A stretch of 64,000 nucleotides of DNA from positions 4,978-68,977 of IMG/VR virus record IMGVR_UViG_2846178487_000001; one strand, written 5' to 3'. The position numbers and the translations under genes were made by a program. Of this stretch, positions 37,558-47,746 are shown piece after piece. Source of the DNA: a virus (Duplodnaviria; Caudoviricetes). Below the pieces are notes generated by a model that saw only the letters and a program-made list of their open reading frames with translations, was not told the origin of the DNA and made no database searches. Numbering within the stretch: position 1 is the stretch's first letter; every line of letters starts with the position of its first letter.

Positions 37558-38184
37558 ATGTATACAGAAATGAGCTTAAAAGAAGCACTTAAGTATTTCA
37601 TGAAAGGGCGAAAGGTCCTTGTGCTGAATGAATATGATGACAAGAGTATATCGGCAGAAAGGATAGAAGATTGTTTGCCGAAAGAAGCTAAGTATTTGGT
37701 AGATGTTCCTGTAGTACCAAATCCGGAGTTTGAACAGGCCGTACAGGATATGGTTGAGCCTGATCAGAATGAGAACGATGCTGAAGGGGACGAACAGCTC
37801 CCCCCCCCAGACCAACCGGAGAAGAAACTGGAAAAAGAAACGGTAGCAGCTCCGGGGAAGATGAGCAGGGAAGAAAAAAGTAAGATCATTCGTCCGTTGA
37901 TCAAGAAAGGCTTGAAGAATAAAGAGATTGCTGAGCGCACAGGAATTCCACTTGGAACGGTCAACGGCTTATCAGGACCTATCAGGAAAGAGCTAAAGAA
38001 TCCGGTAAAGGCGGAAATGATTAAGTCCGGAGATAATTCTGACCGTCATAAATGCAGGACATGCCAGTACCGCCATAGTGATGCGGGTGGTTGTGATTAC
38101 TGTATCCATACCGGTAAAGAACGTGGTTGTGATGTGGAAGTGTGCGATAAGGCAGTGGCAGGAGCGAGGTTGACTAAGAAATAA
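37558..38184 (+). CDS. Hypothetical protein with HTH and Cys-rich C-terminus
   Basis: LKNKEIAERTGIPLGTV; CRTCQY...CDYC...C...C. Confidence 0.65.
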   Translation: MYTEMSLKEALKYFMKGRKVLVLNEYDDKSISAERIEDCLPKEAKYLVDVPVVPNPEFEQAVQDMVEPDQNENDAEGDEQLPPPDQPEKKLEKETVAAPGKMSREEKSKIIRPLIKKGLKNKEIAERTGIPLGTVNGLSGPIRKELKNPVKAEMIKSGDNSDRHKCRTCQYRHSDAGGCDYCIHTGKERGCDVEVCDKAVAGARLTKK

Positions 38185-38197
38185 GGAGGAAAAGTAG

Positions 38198-38437
38198 ATG
38201 ACGAAAGAGCAATATAAAAAATACGATAAAATCCTGGAAGAGTTGCGACCAGTGAAGTGGTTCTTGAACTGGTGTGGTGACAGGTATAAGGACAAAAGCG
38301 TAAGTAAATATAGATTTAGAATCATTACAAAAGCGAAACAGTTCTTTTTGTATAAAGATATTTATTTTGCAAGAGATAAAGAAGTTGAGATTCCCAAAGA
38401 TTTACAAAAGCGAATTGTGGAAGTAATTGAAGATTGA
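38198..38437 (+). CDS. Hypothetical phage protein
   Basis: RBS aaggagg. Confidence 0.6.
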   Translation: MTKEQYKKYDKILEELRPVKWFLNWCGDRYKDKSVSKYRFRIITKAKQFFLYKDIYFARDKEVEIPKDLQKRIVEVIED

Positions 38438-38482
38438 GTAAATGAAAAAGAACAGGAATTGAAAAATATATAAGGCGGGAGA

Positions 38483-38716
38483 ATGATGAATAATACAGAG
38501 CTTATAGAGCGTTTGGTGGAACTGGAACGCTCAATGGTTGAAAAAAGAGATGTTGATGTAAAAGCATTTGAGGAGAAACAAAAGCGAGAGCTTGTAGATT
38601 ACGAGCTTAAGAAAACATGGGAATCAAACGGTTATAGCCAGGCATTAGTAGATGTCAGAGATATTTTGAGAGAAGAATCACAAAACGACGAAGGGATTGA
38701 GGACGATGCTCATTAA
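38483..38716 (+). CDS. Hypothetical phage protein
   Basis: RBS ggcgggag. Confidence 0.55.
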   Translation: MMNNTELIERLVELERSMVEKRDVDVKAFEEKQKRELVDYELKKTWESNGYSQALVDVRDILREESQNDEGIEDDAH

Positions 38717-38870
38717 ATTAATATATAAAATCCTGAAAAAACTTATTGATAATTGCGATAAATTCTACTTGGAGGAAACAGATCCGGACGTGATAGAGGC
38801 GAAAGAACTTCTTGGTAGAGTGGAAAAAGCTATGAAAGCAAAAGGAGATGATGCTAATGCACATCAGTAA
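38706..38870 (+). CDS. 54-aa hypothetical protein (not in ORF track)
   Basis: MLIKLIYKILKKLIDNCD; RBS gagga; overlaps neighbours. Confidence 0.45.
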   Translation: MLIKLIYKILKKLIDNCDKFYLEETDPDVIEAKELLGRVEKAMKAKGDDANAHQ

Positions 38871-39081
38871 AGACCAGCGCCTCGATGCTATATCAGGTCG
38901 TGACCAGATGGCAGAGCGTGAACCTTGTGAGCACGCGAAGAGATTTATGAGACGGCCAGCGTATTATGGAGTGCTGGGATATCTGAGGCACAAGAATATT
39001 AATACAGGGGAGGAGATAGGACGTGGACAAAGAATGCTTGAAAAGGTATCAGAAGAATCAGAAGGAATTACAGAGCCTTGA
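38848..39081 (+). CDS. Hypothetical phage protein
   Basis: ORF with RBS aaggag. Confidence 0.45.
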   Translation: MMLMHISKDQRLDAISGRDQMAEREPCEHAKRFMRRPAYYGVLGYLRHKNINTGEEIGRGQRMLEKVSEESEGITEP

Positions 39082-39439
39082 AAGAATTCTGGAAAGATTA
39101 TATCAGCAGTTAGAGGACGTTCCTGAAATATCGGGTAAAGTAAGTAAGTCTTCAGATGACTTTCCCTACATAGAACAGCATGTTACAGTCAGTATGCAGG
39201 AGCCCAAAAGCGCTTCCAGGATCAAGGATAAGATCCGGGAGAAGGAAAACAGAAAGAAAGAGGTGCTGTCTGATATGGCACGAGCAGAAAGGATTATCGT
39301 AGGAATACCGGAAGGATTGACACGACAGATTATGGAACAGGTGTATTTGGAAGGAATGAGCCAGCAGGAGGTTGGAGAAGCTATTGGATATACACAAGGA
39401 AGGATAGCACAGATCATAAAGGCAGTAACAAAAGATTAA
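39023..39439 (+). CDS. Late-gene transcriptional activator (RinA/ArpU-like, sigma region-4 HTH)
   Basis: YLEGMSQQEVGEAIGYTQGRIAQI; last early gene. Confidence 0.8.
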   Translation: MDKECLKRYQKNQKELQSLERILERLYQQLEDVPEISGKVSKSSDDFPYIEQHVTVSMQEPKSASRIKDKIREKENRKKEVLSDMARAERIIVGIPEGLTRQIMEQVYLEGMSQQEVGEAIGYTQGRIAQIIKAVTKD

Positions 39440-39571
39440 TAACATTAATAATTTAGATATGTTATTATTATACTGAACTTAGTGAAAAGACAATTTTCAT
39501 TATGGTTTCTCTTCCTCAAGAAGTACATACAAAACCTAGAAGGGACGGCTTGGCAACAGGCCGTTCTTTTG

Positions 39572-39600
39572 TTGCATAATGACGAAAAATGGGATATTAT
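39572..39600 (+). promoter_or_regulatory. sigma-A promoter of two-gene moron
   Basis: TTGCAT-17-TATTAT directly after terminator-like hairpin 39541-39570. Confidence 0.6.
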
Positions 39601-39633
39601 GAAGGTAGGATTTTGTATGTACGGAGGTAAGGC

Positions 39634-40581
39634 ATGAAACTTATTGGATTGACTGCATATGGATTAAATGTGCGAAATGAGAAACATCAAAATTTAGAAT
39701 TGCATGATATTTATGGAACAACATTACTGGAATATTTGCAAAGCATTGCGGAAGCGTCTGTGGATGAATATGCAAAAGATCAAATATTGGAGAATGTATT
39801 TACATACAATATTGTGGATCTTCAGACAATAAGGAATGATGCGGAACAGGATATGTATCAGATACTATATCTTAGAATAAAAACTGGGGATTATGGAGAG
39901 GAATCAGAAATTGTAGATAGTGAGACTGGAAAAACTACACATAATAAAAGTGCGGGGGAGGCAGATGTCTTACCGTTTGGGTGTTGTGTAATTGTACCAT
40001 GTGGAAAGTATACAGAAGGAGTCATTTTAATACAATCTTTAGGAAGGAATGGGATTACCAGTACAATAAAAAAGAAATTTAATGAATATATAAAGGAATT
40101 GGATAGTCAATTAAGAGTTGTATTAAGTCCGATGGTACCACGGCATTATATGGAAAGATTATTGAAAGATGGGGTATTGAAATCTATAAGGCTTTTGAGT
40201 TATGGAATTCCAGATGATGACGCGGAAAGATATGGAATCGATAGAGGAGTTGCCAAAGTTGTTCAAGAAAGAGTAATTAAGAAGCCTACTGGATTTATAA
40301 GAAATAAATATGAGCAACTTATGGAATGCATTAGAGGAGAACGAGCATATAACACAATTGTTGAATTGGATGATTTTGAAATCGATGATTTTAAACTGGA
40401 ATTTTCATTTGGAAAAAGAAATAAAACAATTAGTATGAAAGGACTTGATCAATTGGTTGTAAATGAAGATATTACGGATGATGTCGTTATTGAAAAAGGA
40501 CATCCAACATTTGAAAGTCTTTGTAATGTGATGCGCGAAATTGGGGAAGAGTATCTAAGAGCAAAAGGTGCAATAGATTAG
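39634..40581 (+). CDS. Soluble accessory protein, 315 aa (moron gene 1)
   Basis: AT-rich; IKTGDYGEESEIVD, DVLPF, IQSLGRNG; no virion or replication motif. Confidence 0.8.
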   Translation: MKLIGLTAYGLNVRNEKHQNLELHDIYGTTLLEYLQSIAEASVDEYAKDQILENVFTYNIVDLQTIRNDAEQDMYQILYLRIKTGDYGEESEIVDSETGKTTHNKSAGEADVLPFGCCVIVPCGKYTEGVILIQSLGRNGITSTIKKKFNEYIKELDSQLRVVLSPMVPRHYMERLLKDGVLKSIRLLSYGIPDDDAERYGIDRGVAKVVQERVIKKPTGFIRNKYEQLMECIRGERAYNTIVELDDFEIDDFKLEFSFGKRNKTISMKGLDQLVVNEDITDDVVIEKGHPTFESLCNVMREIGEEYLRAKGAID

Positions 40582-40591
40582 AGATGAGTGT

Positions 40592-41185
40592 ATGAAAAAG
40601 ATAATAATCAATTTTATAGATAATCCATATGGCTTGTTAATAGCATCGTTATTGATATTATTAATAGGTCGCATTGTTTTTAAAAAGAGGTATCTTGATT
40701 GTACCAGTATTATTCAGAACCATTTGGTATGCTTCAAAAAACAGAATGGAAAGTATTCAAAATCATCACTATTTTTATATTTTGGAGTTCCGGCTATGAT
40801 TTCTATTTCCCTTGTAAGGATAAAAAATATAGATAGCGATGTAATTAATATTGTTACAATTATTATTTCAATATTAACATCAATGCTATTTACAATGTTA
40901 ACATTGGTATTGGATATGCGAAAACGAATAATGAGTGATAAAGAATATAATGCAAATGAGGCAGGGATATCAACAAAGCTATTAAAAGAAACATATTATT
41001 CCATTATGTATGAAATATTGAATAGTATAATTATTTTGATCATGTGTTTTATAGATATCTTTTCTGGAAAATATTTTTGGCTCAGCAGTTTAGTTATTTA
41101 CTATTTAACATTTACATTAGTAATGAACTTATTTATGGTTTTAAAGAGAATATTTAAAGTGATAGATGAAGATATGAAAAAGTGA
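40592..41185 (+). CDS. Polytopic membrane protein, 197 aa (moron gene 2)
   Basis: 4-5 hydrophobic segments ending MVLKRIF; very AT-rich. Confidence 0.8.
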   Translation: MKKIIINFIDNPYGLLIASLLILLIGRIVFKKRYLDCTSIIQNHLVCFKKQNGKYSKSSLFLYFGVPAMISISLVRIKNIDSDVINIVTIIISILTSMLFTMLTLVLDMRKRIMSDKEYNANEAGISTKLLKETYYSIMYEILNSIIILIMCFIDIFSGKYFWLSSLVIYYLTFTLVMNLFMVLKRIFKVIDEDMKK

Positions 41186-41279
41186 AAAATTGTTATTAAA
41201 AGAATAGGCTAATGGCAGGCACCCTCCGGGGTGTCTTTTCTAATGCGACAAAACAAACGAAGAAGAGAGAGGTGGTGAC

Positions 41280-42047
41280 GTGGCTGATGTAAAAGAGCAG
41301 ATTAAGAAAGATTACTTGTCTGGTATCCCGCCCAAGAAATTGGCGGAAAAGTATGATACCAGTTTGAATACGATAAAGAGTTGGATTAAGCGGTATGGTT
41401 GGTCTGAGATAAAAAAACTGGGTGCACTCTCAAATACGCAGGGTGCACCCTCTGTTGCATCCAGAAAAAGGAAGCAGGGTGGTCAGCCAGGCAACAAGAA
41501 TGCCGAAGGTAGCGGAGCACCGGAACAAAATAAGAACGCAGAGAAGCACGGATTCTTTTCGAAGTATCTTCCGGAAGAAACATTGTCAATCATTCAGGAG
41601 ATGCCGAAGAATCCGCTGGATGTTCTGTGGGATCAGATACAGATTGCTTACGCTGCCATTATCCGGGCACAGAAGATCATGTATGTCCGTGATCAGAATG
41701 ACAAAACTAAGGAAATGACCTTGGATGGAAGTGAAGCTACCGGATATGATGTACAGCAAGCCTGGGATAAACAGGCGAACTTCTTAGCAGCTCAAGCGAG
41801 AGCTCAGAAGACTCTTGAGGGCATGATCAACAGGTATGGGGATCTGCTGCATAAGAACTGGGACCTTGCTACGGAAGAACAGAGAGCTAGAATCGAGCAA
41901 ATTAAGGCTAATACAGACAGGTTAAAATCTGGCGGAAATGATGATGGAGAGGACGGTGTGGTGATTGTCAACGACGCCCCAACAGGTGAAGATATCGGAT
42001 ATTGTGATACCGAAGTATCTGGCAATATTCAACAACAGGAAAGTTAA
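41280..42047 (+). CDS. terS: Terminase small subunit
   Basis: N-terminal HTH ([23 protein letters not shown]), [19 protein letters not shown]. Confidence 0.88.
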   Translation: MADVKEQIKKDYLSGIPPKKLAEKYDTSLNTIKSWIKRYGWSEIKKLGALSNTQGAPSVASRKRKQGGQPGNKNAEGSGAPEQNKNAEKHGFFSKYLPEETLSIIQEMPKNPLDVLWDQIQIAYAAIIRAQKIMYVRDQNDKTKEMTLDGSEATGYDVQQAWDKQANFLAAQARAQKTLEGMINRYGDLLHKNWDLATEEQRARIEQIKANTDRLKSGGNDDGEDGVVIVNDAPTGEDIGYCDTEVSGNIQQQES

Positions 42048-43368
42048 GCACATCATCCTGACTTCCGGACGTGCCGGCACGAAATCCAGTTATGCAGCTA
42101 TTCGGACAGATTATCAGGTTGTATCAGATTCGCATGGTTCTGCAGTTGTTCTTCGTAAACACCACAATAAGCTACGGAAGACTGTGTACAAAGAAATGAT
42201 TCGAGGAATCAACCGTCTTGGTATTTCTAAAAACAAATTTGCGATTACAAAGTCTCCAATGGAGATCACGTACAAAAAGTATGGCACCACCATTTATTTT
42301 TCCGGTTCAGACGGCATTGACGATACCAAGGGTATTATCGATGAGGATAAGCCGATCAAGCTGGTTGTACTGGATGAGCTGACAGAGTTCTTTGATGATG
42401 GGGAAGGCGAAGATGAACTAAGCAATATCGAGGCGACATTTGTTCGAGGAAATGACAGTGATTTCCAGATGATATACCTTTATAATCCGCCAAAGAATCC
42501 AAATGCAGCCATTAATCAGTGGTGCAAAAAGATGGAGAAGCGTGAGGATTGTATTCATATCCACACAGATTACAGAGATGTTCCGGTCAGCTGGCTTGGA
42601 CAGGCGCTGGTTGATTCTGCAGAAGCTATGAAGCGGGCAGATGAAAAGATGTACCGCTGGGTATGGCTTGGACAGGCAGTTGGTGTAGATGAGCTTATCT
42701 ATTACATGTTTGGAGACCGGCACAGACAGAAGCCTGATCCGAACAGAAGATATGACAGAATTTATATTGGCGGCGACTATGGACAGCAGAATGCGACGAC
42801 ATTCCAGGCGTTTGGGTTAGACAGCTACAGAAAGAAGTTTCCTGGTCTGGGTGAATATTATCACAGCGGTCGGGAGACAGGCAAACAGAAGAGCCCATCA
42901 GAATATGCGCAAGACTTGGTTGAGTTCATGAATGAATTGCATGAGCAGTATGACAACCGGGTCTTTTATATTTTCCTTGATCCATCTGCAAAAGGGCTTG
43001 CGGAGGAAATCAAACGGGCGACCAGAGCAGTGAGCCTGGATTATCAGGTATTTCTAAGAGATGCTGAAAATGATGTGGCACTTGGAATCAGCCGTGTGCA
43101 GAAGGTGCTGAGTTTTGACATTATGAGCATAGCGCCCAAACAGGAATATGCGGTAAGTGAGTTCGGTACTTATGAGTACGACAAGAAATCCATTGAAAAA
43201 GGTAAGGAAGTACCTGTAAAAGAAGATGATCACTGCATGGACGCAATCCGATATTGTGTTATGGGAGCTTGGAAGAGGTTGAAATATTGGTTGCCGAAAG
43301 ACGAAACGGAAGAAATAGATGTATGCGATATTAGCAGGAAGGAGGTAGAGGACGATGAATATCTTTAA
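41965..43368 (+). CDS. terL: Terminase large subunit (PBSX-type)
   Basis: [40 protein letters not shown]. Confidence 0.95.
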   Translation: MSTTPQQVKISDIVIPKYLAIFNNRKVKHIILTSGRAGTKSSYAAIRTDYQVVSDSHGSAVVLRKHHNKLRKTVYKEMIRGINRLGISKNKFAITKSPMEITYKKYGTTIYFSGSDGIDDTKGIIDEDKPIKLVVLDELTEFFDDGEGEDELSNIEATFVRGNDSDFQMIYLYNPPKNPNAAINQWCKKMEKREDCIHIHTDYRDVPVSWLGQALVDSAEAMKRADEKMYRWVWLGQAVGVDELIYYMFGDRHRQKPDPNRRYDRIYIGGDYGQQNATTFQAFGLDSYRKKFPGLGEYYHSGRETGKQKSPSEYAQDLVEFMNELHEQYDNRVFYIFLDPSAKGLAEEIKRATRAVSLDYQVFLRDAENDVALGISRVQKVLSFDIMSIAPKQEYAVSEFGTYEYDKKSIEKGKEVPVKEDDHCMDAIRYCVMGAWKRLKYWLPKDETEEIDVCDISRKEVEDDEYL

Positions 43369-44764
43369 TTATTTCAAAAAAGCTGGAATCGATACGATAG
43401 ATGCATCATTTTACCGGAAGATAGCAGAGTGGGTGTCCTGGTATGAAGGAAATGTCAGAAATTTCTCTTTTTACAAGGTGTATGGCGGACGTGGAACATA
43501 TAAGCGCTGCCGGAGAAAAAGTATGGGAATGGCAAAGAAACTGAGTGAAGATATTGCTGATCTCCTGCTCAATGAAAGGGTTACAATTACTCTGGATGAT
43601 GAGGCTACGCATAATTTTGTGCATCAGATCCTTGATGATAACCGTTTTCTTGTTATGGGAAATGATTACCAGGAACGGAAAGCATTCACCGGGACGGTTG
43701 CGTATATCCCGTATTTGGACAACGCTGAAATCACGGAGGAAGGTACAGTGATTTCCGGAAAGATTAGCATCAATTATGTGGACGCACCGAACATTTTTCC
43801 AGTCAGTTGGAACAACGGCAAGGTGACAGAATGTATTTTTGTATTTCCACATACCGTAGCGAGAAAGAAATATGTCCAGTTGCAGTCGCATCTCTTAGAG
43901 AATGGTGAATATGTAATTAAAAACACAGTGTTACGGTGTGATTCTGGAAGCCAGGAGGGTACGGAGTTACCTGAGAAAGAGTGGAAACAGTTAAAACCAT
44001 TCAAGGAGCTTGCAAAAGAAGTAAGAACGGGATCCAGCGAGGCGCAGTTCGTGATTGACAGGCTGAACATTACGAACAATGCTGATGAAAACAATCCGAT
44101 GGGCGTTGCAATCTTCGCAAATGCAATTGATACGCTCAAGAAGTTGGATATTGAGTATGATTCATATTGCAATGAATTTGAGCTTGGCAGAAAGCGTATT
44201 TTTGTACGCCCGGAGATGTTGACTAATGCAGATGGTACACCAGCATTTGATCCGGACGACAGTGTATTTTATGCACTGCCAGAGGATGATGCAAATGGAG
44301 AAGGCCTTCTGAAAGAAATTGATATGTCTCTCCGGGCAGAGCAGCACAGCAAGGCAATCAATGATGATCTGAATTATCTGTCGCTAAAATGTGGATTTGG
44401 TACAGACCGATATCAGTTCGGGGCGACTGGAGCTAAGACAGCCACAGAGATTATTTCGGAAAACTCAGATATGTATCGAATGATTAAAAAGCATGAAATA
44501 CTTTTGGAAGATGCTCTGAGGCAGTTGATTCAAATTATAATCCGTTTGGGAATGATACTGGGGAACACACTGAATCCTGAATGCGAAATCACCATTGACT
44601 TTGATGATTCAATTATTGAGGACAAAGAGACAGAGCGGAGCAGAGACCGACAAGATGTCAGTATGGGAGTCATGAGTCTGGTAGAGTACCGTGCTAAATG
44701 GTATGGAGAATCAGAAGAAGATGCTGCTAAGAATCTCCCAGAACAAAATCAGGTGATGGAGTAA
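43355..44764 (+). CDS. Portal protein (A118-like)
   Basis: MAKKLSEDIADLLLNE, IDFDDSII; follows terL. Confidence 0.9.
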   Translation: MNIFNYFKKAGIDTIDASFYRKIAEWVSWYEGNVRNFSFYKVYGGRGTYKRCRRKSMGMAKKLSEDIADLLLNERVTITLDDEATHNFVHQILDDNRFLVMGNDYQERKAFTGTVAYIPYLDNAEITEEGTVISGKISINYVDAPNIFPVSWNNGKVTECIFVFPHTVARKKYVQLQSHLLENGEYVIKNTVLRCDSGSQEGTELPEKEWKQLKPFKELAKEVRTGSSEAQFVIDRLNITNNADENNPMGVAIFANAIDTLKKLDIEYDSYCNEFELGRKRIFVRPEMLTNADGTPAFDPDDSVFYALPEDDANGEGLLKEIDMSLRAEQHSKAINDDLNYLSLKCGFGTDRYQFGATGAKTATEIISENSDMYRMIKKHEILLEDALRQLIQIIIRLGMILGNTLNPECEITIDFDDSIIEDKETERSRDRQDVSMGVMSLVEYRAKWYGESEEDAAKNLPEQNQVME

Positions 44765-44765
44765 T

Positions 44766-46436
44766 ATGAAAGATGATTACAAGAATAAGCTTGCAAGTAA
44801 GATCGCTGCGAGGTATCAGGATTTGGAAGAGCGTATCATGCAGGATATTGTCCGGAGGATTGTGAAAGCTGGTGAGATAACCAGCACCGCAGACTGGCAG
44901 ATCAACCGGCTTCGGATTCTGGGGTATTCCTCAGAGGATATCGAAAAAGAAATCAAGAAGGTGCTCAACGCTTCTTATCCGGAAATGTTTGAGTTATACG
45001 ACAAGGTGATCAACTGGGAATATGTTCGGAATAAGGGTATATATGAACAGATTAACGCCGAGTACATACCATTCGAAGAGAACGGACAGCTCAAGCAGAT
45101 TACAGAAGCAATCATTGACCAGAGTTTTGATGATTTGGAGAATGTGACCAACTCCCTTGGCTTCTACCTGGACTACGGCAATGGTCAGAAGGTATTGACG
45201 CCACTTTCTCAAGTGTATACCAAATACCTTGATGCAGCATGTTACGATATTGTAACTGGTGCATTCGATTATAACAGTGTGTTGCGTAGAGTTGTGACAC
45301 AACTTACCAACAGCGGACTTCGGCAGATTGATTATTCTTCCGGGAGAGCTAACCGGGTTGATGTGGCTGCAAGAAGAGCGGCCATGACTGCAGTCAGTCA
45401 AATTACCGGAAAGATATCTGAGTACAACGCACAGAAGCTTGGAACAGAGTATTTTGAAGTGGAGTGGCACGCCGGAGCACGTCCCACTCATTCAGTATGG
45501 CAGGGGCGCATCTGGTCAAAGGAGCAGTTATATTCAGTCTGTGGACTTGGTACCGTGACCGGACTTCTGGGAGCTAACTGTTATCATACCTATTATCCTT
45601 TCTTTCCTGGCATTTCACAGCGCAACTGGACAGATGAATGGCTGGATGCGAAGAACGAGGAAGAGGCAGAACCTAAGACGTTTGACGGTAAAGAGTATAC
45701 CCTGTATGAAGCAAAACAAAGGCAACGCCAGATGGAGACAGCCATGAGGGCACAGCGTGAAAAAGTCAAATTATTGCAGGCTGGTGGTGCTGATCAGGAC
45801 GAAGTCATTCTGCACAAAGCGAAATATCAAGGGCAGCTTAACGAGTATTCCCGGTTCTGCAGGAAGATGAGTCTCACGGAAGAGCGTGAGCGTATCTATT
45901 ATGACATGCGCGGAATGGTTGCGACGAACAATAAGACGCAGAACGCCATGTTTCATCCGGAAATGATTAAAAATGCAACCAAAGACATAGCTCAGTACAA
46001 GAGATACAAAGAAGTTCTTGGAGATTCTGTTGGTTCACTTGCTAAGTTCGGGCGGGTGAAATATAATGATAGTGAACAGTGGAAAAAGCTTCAAAATAGA
46101 TTTTCCACATATCTTGAGATTGACAAGAAAGATTGGACCGAAGAATTCAAGAACGCGTCCAAACAGGCATATGATAGATTCACAAAAGAGAATATTACAA
46201 TGTCCGTACACGCACTTAGTCGGCTCCCTCGATTAAATAAGCCTGGATTGCCGGAAGTGTCAGAAGAAATGCTGATAAAAATAATTAGAGGTGAGCCTAA
46301 TTATGCAGAGGGAGAAGATAGGCAAATCTATTTTATTCAAGAATTACAGTTGTTAATTGTGAGAAATAAAGGAACTGGAGATATTGTATCTGTTGTGAGA
46401 AGAAACAATCCGAAGGAGGTATGGAAAAATGTTTGA
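44766..46436 (+). CDS. Minor capsid (MuF/Phage_min_cap2) protein with C-terminal extension, candidate toxin
   Basis: VDVAARRA, HAGARPTH, GANCYHTYYPF, QRQRQMETAMR; extra ~170 aa ending SVHALSR...IVRNKGTGDIVSVVRR. Confidence 0.85.
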   Translation: MKDDYKNKLASKIAARYQDLEERIMQDIVRRIVKAGEITSTADWQINRLRILGYSSEDIEKEIKKVLNASYPEMFELYDKVINWEYVRNKGIYEQINAEYIPFEENGQLKQITEAIIDQSFDDLENVTNSLGFYLDYGNGQKVLTPLSQVYTKYLDAACYDIVTGAFDYNSVLRRVVTQLTNSGLRQIDYSSGRANRVDVAARRAAMTAVSQITGKISEYNAQKLGTEYFEVEWHAGARPTHSVWQGRIWSKEQLYSVCGLGTVTGLLGANCYHTYYPFFPGISQRNWTDEWLDAKNEEEAEPKTFDGKEYTLYEAKQRQRQMETAMRAQREKVKLLQAGGADQDEVILHKAKYQGQLNEYSRFCRKMSLTEERERIYYDMRGMVATNNKTQNAMFHPEMIKNATKDIAQYKRYKEVLGDSVGSLAKFGRVKYNDSEQWKKLQNRFSTYLEIDKKDWTEEFKNASKQAYDRFTKENITMSVHALSRLPRLNKPGLPEVSEEMLIKIIRGEPNYAEGEDRQIYFIQELQLLIVRNKGTGDIVSVVRRNNPKEVWKNV

Positions 46437-46695
46437 GAAAATAATGAATTATATTAAAGATTTTTTGGAAAATACTCCAGAGGATATCTATGATTTTTCT
46501 TGTGAACTGGAAGGAATGTTAATTATTCATTATGACGAAATGTATAAGGAACAGCCAAGGGCTACAAGAATATTGAATGAAGAAACGCCTGATATTTGCG
46601 CATCCGGAGAACCGGGAATGAAACCAGAAGAGATTGAAAAATTTAAACGTGAGTTGGAAATTGAATACAACAAAGCGTTAAAAGCAGTTGTGTAG
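46429..46695 (+). CDS. Small acidic protein, candidate immunity
   Basis: 88 aa, Glu/Asp-rich, 8-nt overlap with upstream stop. Confidence 0.7.
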   Translation: MFEKIMNYIKDFLENTPEDIYDFSCELEGMLIIHYDEMYKEQPRATRILNEETPDICASGEPGMKPEEIEKFKRELEIEYNKALKAVV

Positions 46696-46696
46696 T

Positions 46697-46730
46697 TACC
46701 ACCAGTTGATAAGACCGGTGGTATTTTTAT
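46697..46730 (+). terminator. Terminator-like hairpin
   Basis: taccacc/ggtggta stem plus ttttt. Confidence 0.6.
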
Positions 46731-46748
46731 ACTTATTTAGGAGGTATC

Positions 46749-47036
46749 ATGATAACTGTAACAGTAAAAGATAAAAAAATTAGTATGTCTGGTCATGCCT
46801 GTCGGAAGGATTCAAGCGGTATCGATCGGGCATGTGCTGCAGTATCAGCTCTGACATACAATCTGATTAATTCGTTAAGAGATCTGACTGGTGACAGAAT
46901 CCGTGCAGATACAGGCAGTGGTATGACGGTAATTGAATGGGAGAATCTTTCAGATGGTGGAAAACTTCTGATAGATTCATGGTTCTTGGGACTTACAGAT
47001 ATCAACCGGGAATACAATTGTATAGAATTTCAGTAA
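46749..47036 (+). CDS. prp: Prp-family cysteine protease (DUF464)
   Basis: SGHA and DRACAAVSAL catalytic His/Cys motifs. Confidence 0.88.
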   Translation: MITVTVKDKKISMSGHACRKDSSGIDRACAAVSALTYNLINSLRDLTGDRIRADTGSGMTVIEWENLSDGGKLLIDSWFLGLTDINREYNCIEFQ

Positions 47037-47126
47037 CAAGCACCTGAGAGGGTGTTTTTATTATGTCCAAAACGTGAAGACAAGAAAAGCTCGGGAGCCT
47101 GTCGAGGCAAAACGGAGGTAAAAAGC

Positions 47127-47735
47127 ATGAGATACAGAATGAATTTACAGCTCTTTGATGACGGCGCAGGAGCTGGCTCTGGTGGGCAGGGTGGAAATGC
47201 CGGGGCTGGAAACGGCGGTCAGGGATCTGCTGGGAGCGCATCCGGAGCGCATAATACCGGAACATATACCTATGAACAGCTGGAAGAGATCGCGAGTGCA
47301 AGGGTAGAGCGTTCAGAGAGAACAGCACTTGCAAATTTTTTTCGGACGCAGGGAATGACAGAAACTGAGGTCACACAGGCAATCAATAATTTCAAAGCAG
47401 AACGTGCTGCCAATCAGCCGGACGCTGCAAAGCTCCAGAAGGAGCGTGACGATGCTTTGAATGAGGTGCAGCAGATGAAGAATGAAAAATTCTTATCTGG
47501 GAAAGGCGTGAAATCAGAAGATTTTGATTATGTCATGTTCAAGGTATCGAAACTTGTAGACGATAAGACAACATTTGAGAAAGCTGCAGAAAGATTCCTG
47601 AAAGAGAATCCAAGATTTGCAGGTGGTACGAACAGTTATCGTATTTCAACATCTGCAGGGAACACTTCGGAGGGTTCTGGTGGAGACATAAGTGCTTCCA
47701 TCAATGATCGTATCCGTGCTGCGGCTCGAAGATAG
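47127..47735 (+). CDS. Capsid scaffold protein
   Basis: MRYRMNLQLF N-terminus, Gly-rich linker, coiled coil, FLKENP; RBS ggagg. Confidence 0.85.
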   Translation: MRYRMNLQLFDDGAGAGSGGQGGNAGAGNGGQGSAGSASGAHNTGTYTYEQLEEIASARVERSERTALANFFRTQGMTETEVTQAINNFKAERAANQPDAAKLQKERDDALNEVQQMKNEKFLSGKGVKSEDFDYVMFKVSKLVDDKTTFEKAAERFLKENPRFAGGTNSYRISTSAGNTSEGSGGDISASINDRIRAAARR

Positions 47736-47746
47736 TGGAGGTAAAG

